NCBI GenBank assembly: GCA_963755915.1
Contig: CAVWLP010000002.1
Location: 2,336,001-2,400,000, forward strand
Origin: an uncultured Phycisphaerales bacterium
GTDB taxonomy: Bacteria; Planctomycetota; Phycisphaerae; Tepidisphaerales; Tepidisphaeraceae
Reading direction: 5' to 3'
Length of the DNA stretch: 64,000 nucleotides
The notes below the pieces were generated by a model that saw only the letters and a program-made list of their open reading frames with translations, ran no database searches and was not told the origin of the DNA. A program made the translations under genes and the position numbers. Of the stretch, positions 22,808-33,058 are shown one piece after another (the stretch's first letter is position 1; every line of letters begins with the position of its first letter).

Positions 22808-23701
22808 GTGAAAGAATTCGGAAATTCAGTTGGCGGCCAATTTGCCTCTCCGGAAGGCATTTGTTGTGCCGGTGGAAAAGCTGTGACGTCCGACTTTGAC
22901 TCCAGCAACCCGCGAATTGCCGTGATTAGCTGCATCTTCGGACGATTGTTCAGGAGGCTCCATTCTGCTCCCCAACAGTACGACTGCCACTTCTACTCCA
23001 ACAATCCGAGACTTGAACCTCAGGCTCGTCGCAAGGGCTGGAGGTTCCACTACGTGGCAGTACCGTTGTCTAAAGACTTTGCCGTCTCCTCCTTTCAGGC
23101 CAAGTACGTCAAATACCTGCAAATGAGAAAGGCGAGTGAGCACAGATATCTCGACCAGTACGACGAGGTTCTTTACGTGGATCACAAGGGCATGATCGAG
23201 GACCAACATGTCAGAATGTTCCTGAACCTCAAGGAACAGCCTATTCTGATCAGGAAGACGCCGCGGTTGAAGACCACTGTTTGGGATGAGGTCAAACAGG
23301 CGGAATTGGAGGAGAGATACTCAAGGTACATGAAGAAAACGATGGAATACATCCACGCCCGGCTGGCCAACGGCTGTTCCGAACAAATTCGGGTTTGCAA
23401 TACCGGACTAATTTGCTATTCGATGCGGAACTCGGCGGTCTTGGAACTTGCCGACGAAGTTTACTCGGATCTCTGCAAGGTCGGTACCCCGGAATGCCAG
23501 ATCATCTGGTGCATGGCATCTCAAAGATACAGCTATCTTATTCAGCAAATAGAATTCGACCGGATACCGCTGCCGTGGAGGGAACCACCGAGGCTAACGG
23601 ATGCGCTTCCGTGGGGACTACGTCATCCGCTGGCGACTCTCTCGAAGTTTTGCGACCGCTGGAAAGCAGAGTCGTCTCGTCCGGGCCTGGGGCGACCTTA
23701 G
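22808..23701 (+). CDS. Hypothetical protein, possible DUF616-like glycosyltransferase
   Basis: 297-aa ORF with lower GC; AVISCIFG, AKYVK, YVDHK, NTGLI, ECQI resemble GT-A-like DUF616 proteins. Confidence 0.5.
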   Translation: MKEFGNSVGGQFASPEGICCAGGKAVTSDFDSSNPRIAVISCIFGRLFRRLHSAPQQYDCHFYSNNPRLEPQARRKGWRFHYVAVPLSKDFAVSSFQAKYVKYLQMRKASEHRYLDQYDEVLYVDHKGMIEDQHVRMFLNLKEQPILIRKTPRLKTTVWDEVKQAELEERYSRYMKKTMEYIHARLANGCSEQIRVCNTGLICYSMRNSAVLELADEVYSDLCKVGTPECQIIWCMASQRYSYLIQQIEFDRIPLPWREPPRLTDALPWGLRHPLATLSKFCDRWKAESSRPGLGRP

Positions 23702-23733
23702 TTTCGTGCGCTTATGTTTCGTGAGATTTCACA

Positions 23734-24076
23734 GTGAATGAAGAATCTTCCCAGGTTATATGCATCACCGGTATGCATAGGTCGGCTACATCGCTGGCCG
23801 CAAATTGGTTACAAGCGTGCGGGTTCGCGATTGATGATGGCCTCACGCTCGGTTCACCCATCGGGAATCTTAAGGGGCATTTTGAAGATGAAGATTTTTT
23901 TGAAGCGGCACCATGACGCCATCGAGCGCGAAATGCCCAAATCAGGCGGTTGGATGGTGAAGCTATCTTTGCCGATTCCCACCGGCCCTGATTTCGAAGC
24001 TGCTGCCCGCCGCTTAATCGTGAAGCGAAACGCCAAATATGCGCTATGGGGCAATCGCCGTCGCACGGCATCGTAA
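23734..24076 (+). pseudogene. Truncated sulfotransferase remnant
   Basis: ITGMHRSATS (PAPS 5'-phosphosulfate loop) and GNLKGHFED; after a frameshift it ends at LWG without the KDPR motif or C-terminal half. Confidence 0.65.
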
Positions 24077-24098
24077 ACCCATCGTCCCAGGTGACACT

Positions 24099-25837
24099 AT
24101 GACGGCCGCACTCGATTCATTTATCCGCGAAAATTGCGATGGGCTGTACCTTCATCCGAACAACAGCTCCATTAGTTATTCTGACGGCGACTCGGTCGAA
24201 GATGAACTCTACGGCGCGCTGCAGACTGTGTCGGACCGCGGCACCCTGTCCGACGAACTTCCTCGGCTTATTCACAATTGGGAAACCGAATACCATTTAT
24301 CGCCCTGTCGCCCCAATCTTCTTCGTCACATACCGTTTAAACCGACCGACCGGGTTCTGGAAATCGGATCAGGCTGCGGCGCTATTACCCGATATCTCGG
24401 TGAAACAGGCGCAATGGTTACCGCGATCGAAGGCTCTGAACTCCGAGCACGATGCACGGCCGCACGCTGTCGCGACCTTCCGAATGTTGAAGTCTTTTGC
24501 AGCAGCTTTGAAGATATCGTCCTTGAACCGCAATACGACTACGTCCTTTTAATCGGGGTTCTCGAATATTCTTCATTATTTATCAAAGCCAGCGCACCCG
24601 AGCTGCGATGCCTGGAGCTGGCGCGACAGGCGATGAACCCCCAGGGGACTCTTCTTATAGCCATCGAAAATAAGTTGGGTTTGAAATATTTCATGGGAAT
24701 GGGTGAAGACCACACGGGAAAGGCCTATTTCGGCTTACAAAATCTTTATGACCGCAAGACGGCTCGCACTTTTGGCCGGCTGGAACTTTCTCGACTCGCG
24801 GGAGACGCTGGGTTCAAGAACGTCCTCTTCCATTATCCCTTTCCAGACTACAAGCTGCCTCGAGCGGTGTTCACCGAAGAGGCGTTTGCCTGTCCCACGT
24901 TTGAACCGGCTCAAATTATTCGCCAATATTCCGCGCCGACTACGGTTCCGCAAGATCGCCAAACTTCTCCGAAGCATTGGTATGGCCGCAGCTTGCGGCC
25001 AACGGCCTGATCCCTTCGTTCGCGAATTCATTTTTGATGTTGGCATCGATCATGCCGATCGAATCCGATCCGGCGTTTTTAGGCGCTGTTTACAATGTGA
25101 ATCGACTGGCTCCATTTCGCACCGTCACGCAGTTTCTGCGCAAAACCGGCGGATCGGTTTCTGTTTCGAAGCGGCGGCTGGGAGGCGGCGAGCGTACATC
25201 GAAACTCAATTTGCGCATGCGAACGGGAGAATGCTCCTATTGCCGCGGGCCCACGCTGGCCATGTTGATGCTCGAGGCAAAACTGCGGCGAGACGATACC
25301 GGCTTTGAGGAATTGAGCCGTCGCTGGTTCGCATTCCTCGCTGAACGTGCATCTCAGCCGTCCCATCTGCCGTCGCCATCTTCAGCCAATCTTCCCGGCG
25401 AATATCTTGATTGCCTGCCGCATAATCTAATCCAGACCGATGCGGGATTTGAATTTATCGATCAGGAATGGAGCATTCTCAGTGATGTGCCGCTCGTTGT
25501 GATACTGCTGCGTGGATTTTATTACCTGCTTTCGTGCAGCCCCGAAATACAGAAATGTTTTGGTAACTACCAATTACGCCGCATTATCGACAGGTGTGTT
25601 TTCGGCGCGTCGGGTCAAGCGGTGAAGAATTGGGCGTGGGAGGAATTTATTCGCATCGAGAGCACGGTCAGCTCGGAAATTGCCGGCGTCAACGATGAGG
25701 CGCGGTTACGCGCCGAAATTTACCTTCGGCCGCGCATCCAATCCGCCCTGATGGGGAAAATGAAACGGGTGTTGCAAAAAGCCGGACTCACTCAAATTAA
25801 GGGATCGAACCGGCGCACGCTTGCCGTAAAAACCTGA
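24099..25837 (+). CDS. Class I SAM-dependent methyltransferase with C-terminal extension (frameshift near 24935)
   Basis: YHLSPCRPNLL, VLEIGSGCGAITR, LIGVLEY, AIENKLGLKY, YPFPDYKLP, FANSFL. Confidence 0.82.
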
Positions 25838-25849
25838 ATTGATTCCCCG

Positions 25850-26801
25850 ATGGCAACCGTTTCAAACACGCGCACCGCAGAACGGGCAAATGAACCCCCG
25901 CGCATTTCGGTTGTTATTCCCAGCTACAACGGCGCGGCGTATTTGTCTGAGGCGATCGAAAGCTGCCTGCAACAGACGATGATCGATTTTGAGATCGTGA
26001 TCGTGGACGACGCCAGCCCCGATGATTGCGCAAATCGCCGAGCGATTTGCCCGCTCCGACGGCCGGATCCGGCTGATCCGCCGAGAAAAGAACGGCGGGG
26101 TCTCGGCCGCGTTCAATAGCGGCTTCGCCGTCGCGCGGGGCCGATTTTTCACGCGGCTGGCCCAGGACGATGTCTTTTATCCCGATGCCCTGGCGAAGCT
26201 CTGCGGATGCCTGGAAGCGAGTCCCGAAACAGGCCTGGTCTACGGCGGCTGCGAGGAGATCAACGAAGACGGCAGCCTGCGCGGCGCGGCAAGCGTCCCC
26301 GACCCGGAAACGGCGCTGCTCTTCGGCAATCGCCTGGGCCTCTGTGCCGCGTGGCGGCGAGAAATCTGGGAAAAGCTTGGCGGATTTAATCCGCATTTCG
26401 ATGCGGCCGAGGATTACGAATACTGGGTGCGCATCTGGAATCACTATCCGATCAAAAGCTGCGGGAGCGCACCACTGTTGCGTGCCCGCCGGCATGCGGA
26501 GATGGGATCGCTGCTTTATGCGGAGAGACAGGAACGGGCGACGCTTCGCGTCCTGCGCGAGTCGTTTCCAACGCGGATTACACCGCCGTGGCGGCGAAAG
26601 CTGGCCCAGCGGGCGGCGATTTCGCGGACGCTCTTTGGGGCGGCGACACAGTATCGCTGGAAAGGGCAGACGCGTCTGGCGCTGACGCGCGTGGTCGGGT
26701 CGCTGCTTGTCTGGCCGTTGCCGTACAAGCATAGAAGCAGCAGGACCTGGTTTCCGCGGATTCGATGCCTGCTTTCGCTGATGGTTTCAGCGGCGCGATG
26801 A
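25850..26801 (+). CDS. Glycosyltransferase family 2 (frameshift near 26030)
   Basis: SVVIPSYN, IVDDASPD, NGGVSAAFNSG, LAQDD, AEDYEYW. Confidence 0.88.
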
Positions 26802-26826
26802 ACGAAGTTCTTACTTTGGGAGCAAC

Positions 26827-27108
26827 ATGGAAGACAAGCTGCACGATACTTTGAGGCAAATGCTGGTGAATGATCTTTATGTGGAAATGCCGCCGGAGCA
26901 GATCGGGCTGGATGATGGGCTGCGGACGGTCGTCGGTCTGGATTCGGTTGGTTTCGTCGAAGTGCGCGTGCTTTGCGAGCGCCGGTTCGGCATTCAGATC
27001 AGCGATGACGACTATACGCCGGAGAATTTCAGCTCGATTCGCCGGCTGGCGAACCTGATCCAGCGGCTACAGGCGGCGCAGAAGTCGCCGGCGGGAAAGA
27101 GCGCGTGA
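26827..27108 (+). CDS. Acyl carrier protein (Cfa1-like)
   Basis: 93-aa acidic protein with GLDSVG phosphopantetheine site and PENF motif; GGAG RBS. Confidence 0.9.
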   Translation: MEDKLHDTLRQMLVNDLYVEMPPEQIGLDDGLRTVVGLDSVGFVEVRVLCERRFGIQISDDDYTPENFSSIRRLANLIQRLQAAQKSPAGKSA

Positions 27109-28199
27109 GAGTCGGCGTGAGCGGTATGGCGTGGACGACGCCGCTCGGCGACTCGCTGGAGGGCGTGTGGGAATCCCTGCTGGCGGGCAGGAGCGGGATT
27201 CGGCCCGTCGCGCACCAGGGGCGTTTGCGGAATGACCTGGCGGCGCCGGTTGCGGAGCCGGATTTGAGCGTACCGCCTGGTTCGCGGCTGCATCATATGG
27301 CGTGCAGCGCGATCGCGCGGGCGCTTCAGTCGGCGGGGAAGACGGCGAGCGATCCGACGGTTCAACTGGTCGTCGGGACGAGCCTGGGGACTTACCTGGA
27401 GGATCCGCCGGAGGCGCCGCTGTATGGGTGGATCGAAAAGGTGGCGGCGGAGTTGGGGTTGGCGTCGAAGCCGATCGGCGTGTCGACGGCTTGCTCTTCG
27501 GGGTCGGATGCGATTTTGCTGGGGGCGGAGTTGATTCGCAGCGGCGCCGCGTCGTGCTGCGTCTGCGGGGGGGCGGACGTGCTGACGTGGAGCAAAAGGA
27601 TCGGGCACTCAACGCTGGGGACTATGTCGCCGACGATGCTGCGGGCGTTTGATCGCCGGCATGATGGGACGCTGCTGGGCGAGGGGGCGGGGTTTGTGGT
27701 GCTGGAGGCGGATCCGGTTAAGTCGCTGGCGGTGCTCCGCGGGTGCGGGTCGGCGAACGACGGGACGGGGATGACGTCGGCGGATACTTCGGGGAAGTGT
27801 GCGCGGTTGGCCGTCGAAAGATCGCTGATGGACGCGGGACTATCGGCGGGGGAAGTGGGGCTGGTCAATGCGCACGGGTCGGGGACGCAGATGAATGATC
27901 TGACGGAGAAGAATGCGCTGGGTGAAGTGTTCGCGGGCTCGCGGCCGCTGGTGTTTGCGACGAAGGGGAATTTCGGGCACAGCCTGGGGGCGACGGGGGC
28001 GCTGGAGGCGATTGCGTTGGTGATGGCGATGAGAAGCGGGCGGGTGCCGCCGATTATTGGGCTGGAGGATCCGGATCCGGAGTTTGCGCTGCCGCTGGCG
28101 CGTGGCGGCGCCGTCGAGCATTCGGCTCGGTTTGGGTTGAGTTTGACACTGGGGTTTGGGGGGTATGACACGAGCCTGGTGTTTGAGGTGGTGCAATGA
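27105..28199 (+). CDS. Beta-ketoacyl-ACP synthase (type II KS, Cfa3-like)
   Basis: TACSSG, GEGAG, NAHGSGT..ND, NFGHSLGA, GFGG: Cys-His-His triad intact. Confidence 0.92.
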   Translation: MRVGVSGMAWTTPLGDSLEGVWESLLAGRSGIRPVAHQGRLRNDLAAPVAEPDLSVPPGSRLHHMACSAIARALQSAGKTASDPTVQLVVGTSLGTYLEDPPEAPLYGWIEKVAAELGLASKPIGVSTACSSGSDAILLGAELIRSGAASCCVCGGADVLTWSKRIGHSTLGTMSPTMLRAFDRRHDGTLLGEGAGFVVLEADPVKSLAVLRGCGSANDGTGMTSADTSGKCARLAVERSLMDAGLSAGEVGLVNAHGSGTQMNDLTEKNALGEVFAGSRPLVFATKGNFGHSLGATGALEAIALVMAMRSGRVPPIIGLEDPDPEFALPLARGGAVEHSARFGLSLTLGFGGYDTSLVFEVVQ

Positions 28200-28750
28200 T
28201 CGTGGTGGCGGCAAGAGGCGAAGCGAGTGAGCCGGTGATGAGCTGCTTTGCGGCGGCGGTTCGGAATGCCGTGAGGTATGCGGATCCGATTTCCTGGATG
28301 GGGGCGACGGCGGCGGCGATGGCGCTGAAGGAGCTGGGGGAGAAGATCGGGGCGATGCGGGATTCGATCGGGGTGATCGCGATGAGCAATGATGGGCCGG
28401 CGCAGGCGATCGCGGCGGTGGCGGAGGCGTCGGGGGCGGGGTTTTCGTCGCCACTGAAGTATCCGGCGGCGAATCCGGGGTCGCTGGCGGGGGTGACTTG
28501 CATTACGCAGGGGTTGCATGGACCGACGATGAATCTTGTTATGCCGCTGGAGGGGGCGATTGGGGTGGGTGTGGGGCTGGCGCGGGGGTGGGTGGAGAGA
28601 GGGGTTTGCCCGCTGGTGGTTTTGGTGGCGGCGCGGAGGGATCGGGCGAGGTGCCTGGTGGTGGGGAAGTCGGGGGGCGAGGCGCTGAAGGGGGGAGATG
28701 AGGTGTGGCTGGCGATGGGACCCGGAGGGGGCGGATCTGACAGAATCTGA
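28196..28750 (+). CDS. Small KS-N-terminal-like protein (Cfa4-like)
   Basis: 184 aa; YADP..W and SPLKYPAANPGSLAG..CI...GP; overlaps the KS stop; no KS catalytic motifs. Confidence 0.6.
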   Translation: MIVVAARGEASEPVMSCFAAAVRNAVRYADPISWMGATAAAMALKELGEKIGAMRDSIGVIAMSNDGPAQAIAAVAEASGAGFSSPLKYPAANPGSLAGVTCITQGLHGPTMNLVMPLEGAIGVGVGLARGWVERGVCPLVVLVAARRDRARCLVVGKSGGEALKGGDEVWLAMGPGGGGSDRI

Positions 28751-28797
28751 CAAAATCTGACACTTTTCCGATTTTTGTTATTATTTACTAACTTATT

Positions 28798-30210
28798 ATG
28801 CAAATGGTTGACGTACAAAGGGTTGCGGATTTTATGGGTGGGGTGACGGATGCGGACGAGACGGCGCCTGGGGCGGGAGCGTCGTTTTTGGAGATTGGCG
28901 AGGGGTGGAAACGGGCGGGGCTCGGGGCGGGGGATGTGGTGCTGGTTTGTCTGCCGAATGGGAAGATGCTGCTGGAACATTTTTTTGGGGTGATGTTGGC
29001 GGGAGGTGTGCCGGCGCTGGTGGGGCCGGGGACGCCGGGGGCGCGGGTGAAGGAGCTGGTAGGGGCGCTGGGGGCGAGGGCGGTGGTGTCGCTTAGGCCG
29101 ATGGCAGAAGGGGATTTGAGATTTGAGATTTCAGATTTGAGGGCGGAGAGAATTGGCGGGGCGAGGGTTTATTGGTTTTCGAAGGGGGATGGGCCGGCGG
29201 CGAAGGCGGGGGAAGTGATTTTGCTTACGTCGGGGACGAGCGGGTTTGCGAGCGGGTGTGTGCATGATTTTTCTTCGCTGATGCTTAATGCGCGGCGGCA
29301 TGCTGAATCGATTGGGCAGACAGCCGGTGATACGGTGCTGGTGAGTTTGCCGCTTTATTTTTCGTTTGCGCTGGTGGCGCAGGCGATGGGGTCGCTGGTG
29401 ACGGGGAATCGGCTGGTGATTGGGGGGCCGCCGTTTCATGTGCCTAGTTTTGTGAAGTCTATTGAGAAGTTTGGGGTGACGGTTTCGTCGCTGACGCCGG
29501 TGCTGGTGGGGTCGCTGCTGCAGAGTGGGGTGGAGATTCCGGCGCGGTTGCGCGTGCTGACGGTGGGGGGGGATGCGCTGGCTTCGGCGACGGTGGAGGA
29601 ATTGATTCGGAGGCGACCGGGCGGGGAGCTTTATCTGACGTATGGGCTGACGCAGGCGGGGCCGCGGGTTTCGACCCTGGCGGCGCACCGGGAACCGGCG
29701 GGGCGGTATGGGTCGGTGGGGGTGCCGCTGGAGGGGACGGGGGTGAGGCTGGAAGAAGTCGAGAGGAGCGGGGGGATGGAGCAGCTTTTTGTTTCTTCGG
29801 AGACGGTGATGAAGAGGAGGGTTGGGGCTTGTGATGGGGGGGTAAATAGAGATTTGAAATTTGAGATTTCAGATTTAGGGAGGCGGGAAGTGGCCACCGG
29901 GGATGTTTTCACGCGGGATGAGGAGGGATATTTGTACTTCCGGGGGCGGATGTCGGATTACATTGTTCGGCATGGAGAGAAGGTCTGCCTGGCGGCGGTG
30001 CGGCGGGTGGCGATGGGGTTTGCCAATGTGGTGCGGGCGACGACGCCGGTTAGCAGACATGAGTATGGGGAGGATTTTGATCTGGTGCTGGATATCAGTG
30101 GAGCAGAGGAGGATTATCATGTGCTGCTGCGCGGATGGCTGAAGAAGTCGGAGATGCCGAGGGAAGTGAGAGTGGTGAAGAAGGCGATGAGTGAGGTGGG
30201 ATATAAATGA
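28798..30210 (+). CDS. AMP-dependent acyl-CoA/acyl-ACP ligase (Cfa5-like)
   Basis: LTSGTSG, YGLTQAG, ATGD, YFRGR adenylation motifs. Confidence 0.88.
   Translation: MQMVDVQRVADFMGGVTDADETAPGAGASFLEIGEGWKRAGLGAGDVVLVCLPNGKMLLEHFFGVMLAGGVPALVGPGTPGARVKELVGALGARAVVSLRPMAEGDLRFEISDLRAERIGGARVYWFSKGDGPAAKAGEVILLTSGTSGFASGCVHDFSSLMLNARRHAESIGQTAGDTVLVSLPLYFSFALVAQAMGSLVTGNRLVIGGPPFHVPSFVKSIEKFGVTVSSLTPVLVGSLLQSGVEIPARLRVLTVGGDALASATVEELIRRRPGGELYLTYGLTQAGPRVSTLAAHREPAGRYGSVGVPLEGTGVRLEEVERSGGMEQLFVSSETVMKRRVGACDGGVNRDLKFEISDLGRREVATGDVFTRDEEGYLYFRGRMSDYIVRHGEKVCLAAVRRVAMGFANVVRATTPVSRHEYGEDFDLVLDISGAEEDYHVLLRGWLKKSEMPREVRVVKKAMSEVGYK
29113..29140 (+). repeat. 4x7-bp tandem repeat (GATTTGA) in-frame in the acyl-CoA ligase
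   Basis: gatttga gatttga gatttca gatttga; second copy at 29851..29878. Confidence 0.85.
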
Positions 30211-30293
30211 ATGCCGAATGCCAAATGCCGAATGGGAAGGGCGGAAATTCGAAATTCGAATGACGAAAGAGTGACATTTGCGAGTGAAATGAA

Positions 30294-31114
30294 ATGACCG
30301 ACAGCAGGGCGTATTCCAAGGATGAGTTTGCGGCGGGTGAGGCGGTAGAGAAGCCGCGCGCACGTCGGAATTGGCATAAGTATCTGGCGGAATCGGAGGG
30401 GAGTTTTGCGCGGGCGGTGCGGGGGGTTTATCGGGGGGTGAGGACTTTTTCGTTGCCGGCGCCGCGGGTGATTGTGCGGCCGATGGCGGTGGGGATCGAG
30501 GGAGTGCGCGGCGCTTACTATCAGCTTCTGCGGATATTTATTTGTGAGCCATATTTCAAGGCGCACTGGCGCGGTATGGGAAGAATCTGCGGGCGGATTG
30601 TTATTTGCACTGGTTTGATGGGAAGGGGGACATTATTTGCGGGGATGGGGTGAGGGTGGATGGGAAGTGCGCGTTTTTGTTTGGGGCGCGTTTTTCGGAG
30701 AGGCCGGTGCTCGAGTTTGGGGATAACTCGGGGTGCGGGCATGGGTGCCGGTTTGTGGTGGGGAAGAGGATTTCAATCGGGCGGGATACGGTGATCTCGG
30801 CTGAGACGATCATCATGGATTCGAACGGGCATCGGACGGATTTTGCGTCGCGGATGTTGAAGGAGCCGCCGAGGGATGAGGAAGTGCGGCCGGTGATTAT
30901 TGGGAATGGGGTGTGGATCGGGACGCGGTGCATGATTTTTCCGGGGGTGAAGATCGGGGATGGGAGCGTGGTGGCGGCGGGGTCGGTGGTGAGGTCGCAT
31001 GTGCCGGCGTATACGGTTGTGGCGGGGAATCCGGCGCACGTGGTGTTCAGGTTGAAGAAGGAGGAGAAAATGCCCATTGCCGATCGCCAATTGCCGAATG
31101 GGAATGTGTCATGA
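30294..31114 (+). CDS. Hexapeptide-repeat acyltransferase (frameshift near 30570)
   Basis: IMDSNGH, PVIIGNGVWIG, VVAAGSVV, VAGNPA. Confidence 0.85.
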
Positions 31115-32217
31115 GCGAAACGCGTGCGAAAATAGGATTGCAGGAGCTCGAGGCCGAGATTCAGACCGGTCGGAAGTTGGCGACGCAGTCGGTGCGGGAG
31201 TTTCTCTCGACGGTGGCGCTGGTTTCGGAGGTGAATCTGGCGCAGGTGCTGATCGCGCTGTGGGACAGCGGGTTTTATGAATATGTCAGAAAGCATGAGC
31301 GTGTGGAGCCGGCGCGGTGCTGCGAGGAACTGGGGCTGGAGCCATCGATATTCAATGAGTTGATTAATTACCTGGTGGGGCGGGGGATTTTTGAGCCGGT
31401 TGATGGGGGGCTTCAGTTAAGTGAGAAGGGGCGGCCGTATTGGAATTATGTGACGCGCGGAGTGCTGACGGCGCATGTGGGGGGATATAACCAACTCCTG
31501 GTGCATCTGGGGCCGCTGGTTCGGGGGGAGATGAAGCTGGACGATCGGCGGTTGGATCGGGATGGGAGGCTGGTGGGGGTGGGGGCGAATTATACGCTGC
31601 TGGGGAGCGGGACGGTGCCGTGGGTGGCGCGGGTGATCAATGAGCTGGGGGGGAAATTTGTGCTGGATGTGGGATGCGGGGGGGGATTGTTTCTGGTGCA
31701 TTTGGCGCTGAAATGGCCGGGTGGCGGGGGAGTGGGGATCGATATGGATGGCGGGGCGATCGCGGCGGCGAAGAGGCATGCGGAGGATTATGGGGTGAGC
31801 GATCGGGTGAAGTTTAGGCAGGCGAAGCTTTCGCCCGAGCCGATCGATCTGCCGAGGGAGACGATTGAGAAGGTGGATGTGGTGACGGCGATGTATGTGC
31901 TGCATGAATTTGGGGGGATGGGTGGGGTGGAGATGATTTCGAAGATGATCGGGTGGATTAAGAAGCAGTTTCCGGGGAGGAAACTGATTCTGGCGGAGGG
32001 GACGCGGGCGGATCCGGTGGCGATGTGCAAGAATCCACCGGCGACGTATGCGCAGCTCGATTATTCATTTTTTCATCCGCTGTCGAGGCAGGGGCCGCTG
32101 CGGACGCCGGAGGAGTGGAAGGGGATTATTGAGAATGCGGGGGCGAAGCTGGTGGAGAGGATCGGGGGGTTTGGGACGATTCCGGGGTGGATATCGTTGT
32201 TTGTGATTGAGCTGTAA
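31111..32217 (+). CDS. SAM-dependent methyltransferase with N-terminal helix-turn-helix dimerisation domain
   Basis: VLDVGCGGG, GIDMD, MYVLHE, FFHPLSRQG; ATGA overlap. Confidence 0.85.
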   Translation: MSETRAKIGLQELEAEIQTGRKLATQSVREFLSTVALVSEVNLAQVLIALWDSGFYEYVRKHERVEPARCCEELGLEPSIFNELINYLVGRGIFEPVDGGLQLSEKGRPYWNYVTRGVLTAHVGGYNQLLVHLGPLVRGEMKLDDRRLDRDGRLVGVGANYTLLGSGTVPWVARVINELGGKFVLDVGCGGGLFLVHLALKWPGGGGVGIDMDGGAIAAAKRHAEDYGVSDRVKFRQAKLSPEPIDLPRETIEKVDVVTAMYVLHEFGGMGGVEMISKMIGWIKKQFPGRKLILAEGTRADPVAMCKNPPATYAQLDYSFFHPLSRQGPLRTPEEWKGIIENAGAKLVERIGGFGTIPGWISLFVIEL

Positions 32218-32256
32218 AGACAGGTGTGAAGGTAAGAAGGTGAGAAGGTGTGAAGG

Positions 32257-32981
32257 ATGTCTAAGACGGCGGTGATTACGGGAGCTTCGGGGGGGATTGG
32301 GCGCGCGGTGTGTAAGACGCTGGCGGGGATGGGGTTCGGGGTTGTGATGGTGGGGAGGGATCGGGAGAAATTGGAGCGGGCGCGGAGGGAGATGGAGATT
32401 TCCGAAGGCGCGGCGAGGATCTTTGTTTGTGATGTGACGGATCGTGGGGCGGTGAAGGGGATGGTGGAGGAGGTGGGACAGGTTGATGTGCTGGTGTGTG
32501 CGGCGGGGATCAATATTGCGCAGAGGAGTTTGCGGTCGCTGGATCCGGGGGAGTGGGACCGGGTGATCGATGTCAATCTGAACGGGGCGTTTAATGTGAT
32601 TCATTTTGTGCTGCCGGGGATGCGGGCGCGGGGGGATGGGATCATCATTCAGATTGGATCGGTTTCGGGGTTGCGGGCGAATGTGCTGGCGGGGCCGGCG
32701 TATTCGGCGTCGAAGTTTGCGCAGATGGCGCTGGGGGTTTGTATTGGGAGGGAGGAGCGGGGGAGGGGAATACGATCTACGGTGATTTGTCCGGGGGAAG
32801 TGAATACGCCGTTTTTGGATCAGCGGGCGGGAAGGCCGGGGGGGACGGATGGGGCTGGGCGGAGGGAGCTGATTTTGCAGCCGGAGGATGTGGCGGCGGC
32901 GGTGAAGTTTGTGGTGGAGCTGCCGGCGCGGCGCATGTGCCGGAGCTGGTGATTAAGCCTACGATTGATGATTTTTCATGA
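32257..32981 (+). CDS. SDR family oxidoreductase (frameshift near the 3' end)
   Basis: TGASGGIG, CAAG, YSASK, PGEVNT; C-terminus HVPELVIKP in an alternative frame. Confidence 0.9.
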
Positions 32982-33058
32982 TGCGACTTGGAAGGGCGAA
33001 GACACCTGCCGACTAAAGTCGGCAGACCGGGTGGGTCATTCATAGGGATTAGGTGGCG

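Noticed and set aside
22761-26500. Calling oriC at the C-to-G skew switch
   Set aside because: No dnaA/dnaN, DnaA-box cluster or long intergenic region, and an opposite, weaker switch occurs near 10 kb.
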